Of a stretch of 58,727 bases of DNA, positions 53,745 to 58,727 are shown one piece after another. Under the pieces are notes generated by a model. It was not told the origin of the DNA, did no database searches, and was given only the letters and a program-made list of their open reading frames with translations. How positions within the stretch are numbered: the stretch's first letter is position 1; each line of letters starts with the position of its first letter. This DNA comes from Candidatus Woesearchaeota archaeon (GTDB lineage Archaea > Nanobdellota > Nanobdellia > Pacearchaeales > GW2011-AR1): contig CAYUCQ010000001.1 in NCBI GenBank assembly GCA_964443535.1, forward strand, positions 1 to 58,727, in the 5' to 3' direction. The translations under genes and the position numbers were made by a program.

Positions 53745-55193
53745 TTAAGTCTCAATAACTTTCTTGATAATCTCCATAGCTCTTTTCTTATCAACTTTGC
53801 CGCTAAATTTTGCTATAATCATTCCCATGTAAGCGTTTTCTCTTAATCCAGGCTTTTCCATTACAATTTTCCTGACTTCTTCTTCTAATTCATCATTTCC
53901 AGCTTTTTCAACTTTAACTGCCTCTTCAGCACTCTTGCCGTTTAAAATATCCCATAAAACTTCCCTGACATGCTCTTTATCCAGCTTTCCAGCGCAAACT
54001 CTCTCAAGCACGCTCTCCAAAATTCTCTCATTTAAAACGCCTTTAACCTCTTCAAAACTTTTCCCGCTCTTTTTCGCAAAATCATTTCTCCATAATGCAA
54101 TCATCTTGGCAATCAAATTAGCATCCTTATCATAAACATTCATTAATAAATTAAATTCTTCAAGCAGCTCGCTGTCAGCTAAGATTAAGTTGGACATCTC
54201 TTCACTTAGCCCTTTCTTTCTTAATTCGTCCCTAATATCTTGCTTTAATCTCGGCAGCTCTTTCTTTATCTTATTAATTTTCTCCCTGCCAATTTTCAGC
54301 AAAGGCAGATCTGTTTCAGGATACATTCTTGCGCCTCCTGGAATTGGCCTTAAGAATTCAGTTTTTCCATCAGGCAAAGCGTTTCTTACATTTCCATCTT
54401 TCTTGCTATTCTTCAAATCCTCAATCTGCCTTTCAATTTCCAATTCAGTTGTTTTTACCATTATTTTTGGCTCTTGAAATCCTTTTATCTCAACTCTATC
54501 ATGCCCTTTAATTGAAATATTCAAATCCTGTCTTATAGTCCCTATTCCTCTTTTTACACGGCAAGCTCTCAAAATCTCGCCTAATTTTAAGGCAGTTTCC
54601 TTTATCTGTTCAGGAGTTTTCAAGTCAGCATTTGTGCCTATTTCAACAAGAGGAGTTCCAAGCCTGTCAAGCCTGTAAATACTCTCTGCTCCATCCTTGC
54701 TTACTAATCTCGCAGAATCTTCCTCAATCATTATAGTTGCAATGCCTACTTTTCCAAAACTCATTTCAATATATCCATCATGCGCAATTAAAACAGTTCT
54801 CTGAAATCCAGAAGTATTGCTTCCGTCAATAACAGTTTTCCTCATGATTTGGCTAAAAGGATAAATCTCGCAATTCAAAAGAAGAGCAATTTTAATTGCT
54901 TCATCTAAAGCAGCTTCATCAATGAAGTGCGGCGGCTCTTCATCTAATTCAACCAAGCATGTGCTGTCAGAATATCCTTCATAAGCAAACTCTTTTCTTT
55001 TTGAAGCTTCATATTCAACAGCTGCATCAATCTCGCCTGACTCTCCTGCAACAGGATGCAGCCTTCTCCTCACAATAAAATGCGGCTTGTCACTCCTTAA
55101 AAAAGCAGGGCATCTGCAGAATAGCTTTCTTCCTGTATCAAGCTGCTGATGAATTTCTAATCCTGCTTTCATTCCTAATTTTGCATAGTCCAT
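53745..55193 (-). CDS. gatE: GatE-like (GatB/GatE family) tRNA amidotransferase subunit, short form lacking the AspRS-like insertion domain
   Basis: N-terminus MDYAKLGMKAGLEIHQQLDTGRKLFCRCP (GatE-type IHQQL), RQDLNISI, ARMYPETDLP and a YqeY-like tail. 482 aa. Confidence 0.75.
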   Translation of the reverse strand: MDYAKLGMKAGLEIHQQLDTGRKLFCRCPAFLRSDKPHFIVRRRLHPVAGESGEIDAAVEYEASKRKEFAYEGYSDSTCLVELDEEPPHFIDEAALDEAIKIALLLNCEIYPFSQIMRKTVIDGSNTSGFQRTVLIAHDGYIEMSFGKVGIATIMIEEDSARLVSKDGAESIYRLDRLGTPLVEIGTNADLKTPEQIKETALKLGEILRACRVKRGIGTIRQDLNISIKGHDRVEIKGFQEPKIMVKTTELEIERQIEDLKNSKKDGNVRNALPDGKTEFLRPIPGGARMYPETDLPLLKIGREKINKIKKELPRLKQDIRDELRKKGLSEEMSNLILADSELLEEFNLLMNVYDKDANLIAKMIALWRNDFAKKSGKSFEEVKGVLNERILESVLERVCAGKLDKEHVREVLWDILNGKSAEEAVKVEKAGNDELEEEVRKIVMEKPGLRENAYMGMIIAKFSGKVDKKRAMEIIKKVIET

Positions 55194-55237
55194 AAAAGAG
55201 ATAAAAATAGGATATTATTAAAAGTTACTAAAAAGCG

Positions 55238-56101
55238 CTATCTCTTTTTAGTTCTGAAAAGAGGGAGAACTTTCTCTTGAAATAACTCAAGCATTTCTGG
55301 CGTGTTAAATGCCTCAAATAGCTGTGCTTTTTTATATTCGTGAACATTTCTTAATATATCATCAATAGCTGCTCCAGTAACATTTTCAAAATTAAAATTC
55401 TTTCCATTCACGCGCAAATTTTGGGCAACTTTAATCATTCTCCTAAGAGTAACGTATCTTTCAATTCCAATTTTATCAGGACTTATTTCCTGAAATTCAG
55501 GGTTGAAGTATTTCTCCATTCTTAATCCCTGTCTAAACGAATCATGGTATTTATGAATAACAATTCCTTCTTTTAGCCCATCATAAAAGTCGCTTTTATC
55601 TTGAACCAAGGTATCAGCTATATCTCCAGTCATATTCTTCGTGTGCAAAACAGGCAATCTCACAATATTTTTTTCTATGCCTAAAGAATTAACAAATTCA
55701 TCAACTTGAAAAGGATGCAAGTATTTTCCTCTATCCTTGTCAAATACTCCTAAAAGAAAAAATTTCTCCATATATTCAGGATTATAGCAAATATGGCCAA
55801 AACCATAATGAGTCCATTCTCCGCATAAAATTTTATCTTCAGGCAAGCTTTGCAATTCTGGAATAGAGTGAGCCCAATTAAAAAGATCGCGAAAATAAAA
55901 AGCACTCAAACCATTTGAAGTTAATCTACGAGCACGGCTATAAGGTGTGACAATGCCGTCTTCTTTTCTTATAGAACAATTTCCCCCATCAATCTTTTCG
56001 TATGCAAAAAGGCCACTATGAGCGCGCTCTGCTCCACTATATTCTTCAACATGCATAAACTTAAAATTTCCTTTAGTATTGCTTGCCATTTTCTCAATCA
56101 T
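55238..56101 (-). CDS. ATP-dependent RNA ligase-like nucleotidyltransferase (Rnl2/PF09414-like)
   Basis: Motif I YEKIDGGN (KxDG), motif III LCGEW, motif IV EGIVIH, and motif V-like MEKYFNPEF. Confidence 0.65.
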   Translation of the reverse strand: MIEKMASNTKGNFKFMHVEEYSGAERAHSGLFAYEKIDGGNCSIRKEDGIVTPYSRARRLTSNGLSAFYFRDLFNWAHSIPELQSLPEDKILCGEWTHYGFGHICYNPEYMEKFFLLGVFDKDRGKYLHPFQVDEFVNSLGIEKNIVRLPVLHTKNMTGDIADTLVQDKSDFYDGLKEGIVIHKYHDSFRQGLRMEKYFNPEFQEISPDKIGIERYVTLRRMIKVAQNLRVNGKNFNFENVTGAAIDDILRNVHEYKKAQLFEAFNTPEMLELFQEKVLPLFRTKKR

Positions 56102-56820
56102 ATATACTCCCTTGGATTAAATGCCTGAAGATAATCTCTATATGAAACTCCTTCGGGACGAGTAATAAAAGCATTTATTGGTCTGTAAATATGTGAATCA
56201 GGAGAAATTACTGCAGTTCTGTATGTTCCGCCAATAGCAGAAGGTACGTCTCCACTCTTTTCTTGACGAAGGCGAAACTCAAACAAAGATTTAACAGCCA
56301 ATTTAATCGCGCTGTTAACTAATTCCAAATCATTTTCAGAAATAGGGTCTTTTCCATTAACTTTTTTCCCGCCTTTTTTCCCGCCATTAACTTCTTCATG
56401 GAGAGATTTTATAATCTCTTGAAGCTTGTCAACTTCTACATGATAAGATTCGCTATAATGATAATCAAAATTTAGCTCTTCCAAAAGGCATTTAGATCCG
56501 TGATGATAACGTTCTGTGAGATCGCATATTTCTTTTCCTATTTCTGATCTTCCATTCTTTCTCCCCTTACAGCCATGTTCCATAACCTCATTATAGATGC
56601 CTCTGGTAAAAATAACATAATCTGCCATATTTCCAAGATTGCTAAAAAACTTTCCAGCTATTTTATGAGGTGCTTCACCAGACCTTTTTTGCTTAGCTAT
56701 TTCTTCAAGATCTATTAAAGTCCCAGTATCCACTATTAAAACAGGGATCTGTCCTGCACTTGGCTGAAAATAATTATGTATTACCTCGTATAGCTCGTTC
56801 TTGCTTTTCGCTTTACTCAT
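56098..56820 (-). CDS. PIN-like nuclease domain protein with Lys/Gly-rich insert
   Basis: Four acidic positions at PIN-like spacing: VLIVDTGTLID, IYNEVMEHG, ISENDLELVNSAIKLA and AVISPDSHI. Its stop overlaps the ligase ATG (ATGA). Confidence 0.45.
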   Translation of the reverse strand: MSKAKSKNELYEVIHNYFQPSAGQIPVLIVDTGTLIDLEEIAKQKRSGEAPHKIAGKFFSNLGNMADYVIFTRGIYNEVMEHGCKGRKNGRSEIGKEICDLTERYHHGSKCLLEELNFDYHYSESYHVEVDKLQEIIKSLHEEVNGGKKGGKKVNGKDPISENDLELVNSAIKLAVKSLFEFRLRQEKSGDVPSAIGGTYRTAVISPDSHIYRPINAFITRPEGVSYRDYLQAFNPREYI

Positions 56821-56952
56821 AAAAATACTCCTCTTTTCACATATTTAAATCTTTCTACATATAACTCCTAGATAGTTACAACAGAATCCTCATCATCTGC
56901 TATGCTGAACCATTTCCTTGCCATAATATAGTCACAATGAAACATAGCGCAA

Positions 56953-57171
56953 TTATCTTAATCTTTTAATTAATTCTTCTCTGATAATTTTTTTCTTTTC
57001 ATCAGATAAAGAAAACAAAAATTTCTTAGCCATTTTTTCAGATATTTTCCATTCTTCATCCTCTTTATTATCCCAAAGCTCTTTCATTTTTTCCTTTTGT
57101 ATCTTATGTAAAAATTCATCATATTGATTTCTCTTTTTAGCGCCTAAATAAATAGATATCACCTCTTCCAA
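56953..57171 (-). CDS. small charged hypothetical protein
   Basis: 72-aa ORF, 25 nt downstream of gatD. Confidence 0.35.
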   Translation of the reverse strand: MEEVISIYLGAKKRNQYDEFLHKIQKEKMKELWDNKEDEEWKISEKMAKKFLFSLSDEKKKIIREELIKRLR

Positions 57172-57196
57172 AAACTAACTATACATTTAAACATTT

Positions 57197-58471
57197 CTAA
57201 ACGCCCAATCTCTCGCTAATCTCCCCAGAAAAATTCTCAAGCATTTTTTCTTTAACTTTTCCAATCCATCCTCTATGCCCCATTACCCATCCTAATTTTA
57301 CAAGTGCTGTCTCACTAAGCATATCTTCAAGGAAAATTACACCTGCATCAACAAGCTCTCTTCCATTAGAATAAACATAAGGATCAAGCCTGCCAAAAAT
57401 TGTCTGGCTGGCAGCACATACTGCAAATCCTTCTCTAATATGCTTCTTCAGCTTTGCAATCCAGCTATGGCTTGCCTCGCTTGGCGCAAGATGCCCAAGC
57501 CCTGCTGCCTCAACAATCACTCCTTTGTATTTTAAGGCATAATAATCAAGTATGTCTGCACTCTGCCCAGGATAATATTTTACCAAAGCAATTTTATCAT
57601 TAAAAGCAACATCTAATTCAACTCTTTTCTTCTCATCTCTCTTATTATAATCTCCAATAAATTCAACCTTGTCTTTCCAAACTTTTGCAATTTCTGCAGA
57701 ATTAACTGGTTTGAAAGCATCTCTTCTTGAGCTGTGCATTTTCCTTGTCTTTGTCCCGCTCATTGCATAGCAAAAATCATCATTAATTGAAGCATGTCCT
57801 ACAATAAAAACTCCAGAGCAATCAGTTAAAGCCATTCTTGCTGCGCACTGCAAGTTCAAATTAGCATCACTGCTTGCTCTGTCAATGCTTTTTTGAGAAT
57901 ATGTCAAAACAACAGGCTTGCCTAAATTTCTCAAAAAAAAGCTCAAGGCTGCAGCAGTATAGCTCAAAAAATCAGTCCCATGAGTCACAATAATTCCTCT
58001 AATGTCTTTGTCATTAAGCATCTTTTCAGCACTTTCAGCTATCTTGACCCAATGCTCGCTTGTCATTGACTCAGAAGCAATCATAAAAGGCACATCTATC
58101 TTTTTCACATTTGCAATATTAAAAATTTCAGGATAAAATTTTGCAAACTCTCCAATTTCTGCCAAATGCTTGACTCCTCCTGTCCTTGAATCTAATTTAG
58201 ACGCAATAGTTCCTCCTGTTATAATCAACCCAATGCTCTGCAAGCCTTCTTTGTTCTCAAGTTTAAGGCTCTCTTTATCATCTTCCTTAAACTTCTTCAA
58301 AACTCTTCCTGCAAGAATATTCTCTCTAGGAATTCCTATATTATATCCCGAATCCAATTTTATAAACAAGATGCTAGATTCAGAACTCTCCAAAACCACG
58401 CCATCTAATTCTTCCTTAGCCAGCCTTAATCTAACTCTATCTCCAACATCAAAATTCAGTTCAGCCATCAA
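57197..58471 (-). CDS. gatD: Glu-tRNA(Gln) amidotransferase subunit D (asparaginase-like)
   Basis: An N-terminal GDRVRL beta-domain, plus asparaginase motifs ITGGTIAS and VTHGTD. Confidence 0.88.
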   Translation of the reverse strand: MMAELNFDVGDRVRLRLAKEELDGVVLESSESSILFIKLDSGYNIGIPRENILAGRVLKKFKEDDKESLKLENKEGLQSIGLIITGGTIASKLDSRTGGVKHLAEIGEFAKFYPEIFNIANVKKIDVPFMIASESMTSEHWVKIAESAEKMLNDKDIRGIIVTHGTDFLSYTAAALSFFLRNLGKPVVLTYSQKSIDRASSDANLNLQCAARMALTDCSGVFIVGHASINDDFCYAMSGTKTRKMHSSRRDAFKPVNSAEIAKVWKDKVEFIGDYNKRDEKKRVELDVAFNDKIALVKYYPGQSADILDYYALKYKGVIVEAAGLGHLAPSEASHSWIAKLKKHIREGFAVCAASQTIFGRLDPYVYSNGRELVDAGVIFLEDMLSETALVKLGWVMGHRGWIGKVKEKMLENFSGEISERLGV

Positions 58472-58503
58472 ATACCAAAAACTAAGAAGATATAAAAAAT
58501 TAC

Positions 58504-58727
58504 CTATTTTCCATAAGAAGAAGGAATAATTTCTCCCTCCATTAAATCTACTCTTTTATCATCATATCGAATAAACCCTGAAACCATATTTTTTCTTGCT
58601 TTTAAGCTAGCCATTACACTGCCTTTTTCATCATAAATCTCAATACTTAAATCATTAAATCCAGAACAAACATTTTCAATAACTCTCAATTCCACACCCC
58701 CTACTTTCCCAGTTGCCCGCGTAATAT
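58504..58727 (-). CDS. partial hypothetical CDS (5' end probably outside window)
   Basis: The frame stays open to the window edge (ITRATGKVGGVELRVIEN...). Confidence 0.35.
   Translation of the reverse strand, partial: ITRATGKVGGVELRVIENVCSGFNDLSIEIYDEKGSVMASLKARKNMVSGFIRYDDKRVDLMEGEIIPSSYGK

Noticed and set aside
56880-56925. ATGATGA (C-box-like) on the minus strand in the 132-nt gap upstream of the PIN-like gene, considered as a C/D box sRNA
   Set aside because: No CTGA D or D' boxes lie at the appropriate spacing and there is no terminal stem.
1-58727. CRISPR arrays, rRNA genes, transposases and IS elements
   Set aside because: I saw no regularly spaced direct repeats and recognised no rRNA-like conserved stretches or transposase/integrase motifs in any ORF translation.

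Overview
Strongly AT-rich archaeal chromosome segment. The archaeal assignment rests on aRF1, MCM, aIF2-beta, L15e, NAC, Sec61-beta, a TFS zinc ribbon, FtsZ, GatD/GatE and bulge-helix-bulge tRNA introns. The gene content and compact overlapping genes look like a small-genome DPANN-type archaeon, but that lineage call is inference. The window holds five kinds of content. (1) Housekeeping genes: topoisomerase IA, MetRS, ValRS, AspRS, GatA, GatD, GatE, MnmA, Tgt and endonuclease III. (2) A ~11.6 kb archaeal type IV pilus / archaellum-like locus at 7.1-18.7 kb. It has seven proteins with class III (prepilin-like) N-termini, a FlaI/VirB11-type ATPase with a His-rich N-terminal extension, a split FlaJ/TadC platform protein, a KaiC/FlaH-like ATPase and a 1002-aa vWA protein. 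(3) At least eight toxin-antitoxin-like pairs. (4) Two intron-containing tRNAs, one with two introns. (5) The most notable element, a diversity-generating retroelement (DGR) at 51.46-53.66 kb on the minus strand. Its 85-nt template repeat and 88-nt variable repeat differ only at template adenines, apart from one 3-nt indel. Its reverse transcriptase is split by a frameshift inside an (AG)7 tract, and losing one AG unit restores the frame. A second candidate system is a translationally coupled PIN-like nuclease plus ATP-dependent RNA ligase cassette inserted between gatD and gatE. Four conserved genes in total carry single frameshifts (DNPH1-like, CHC2 zinc finger, MCM C-terminal winged helix, DGR RT). 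These may be assembly errors or real. No rRNA, CRISPR array, integrase or transposase was recognised. All calls come from reading the sequence and ORF translations by eye; no searches were run.
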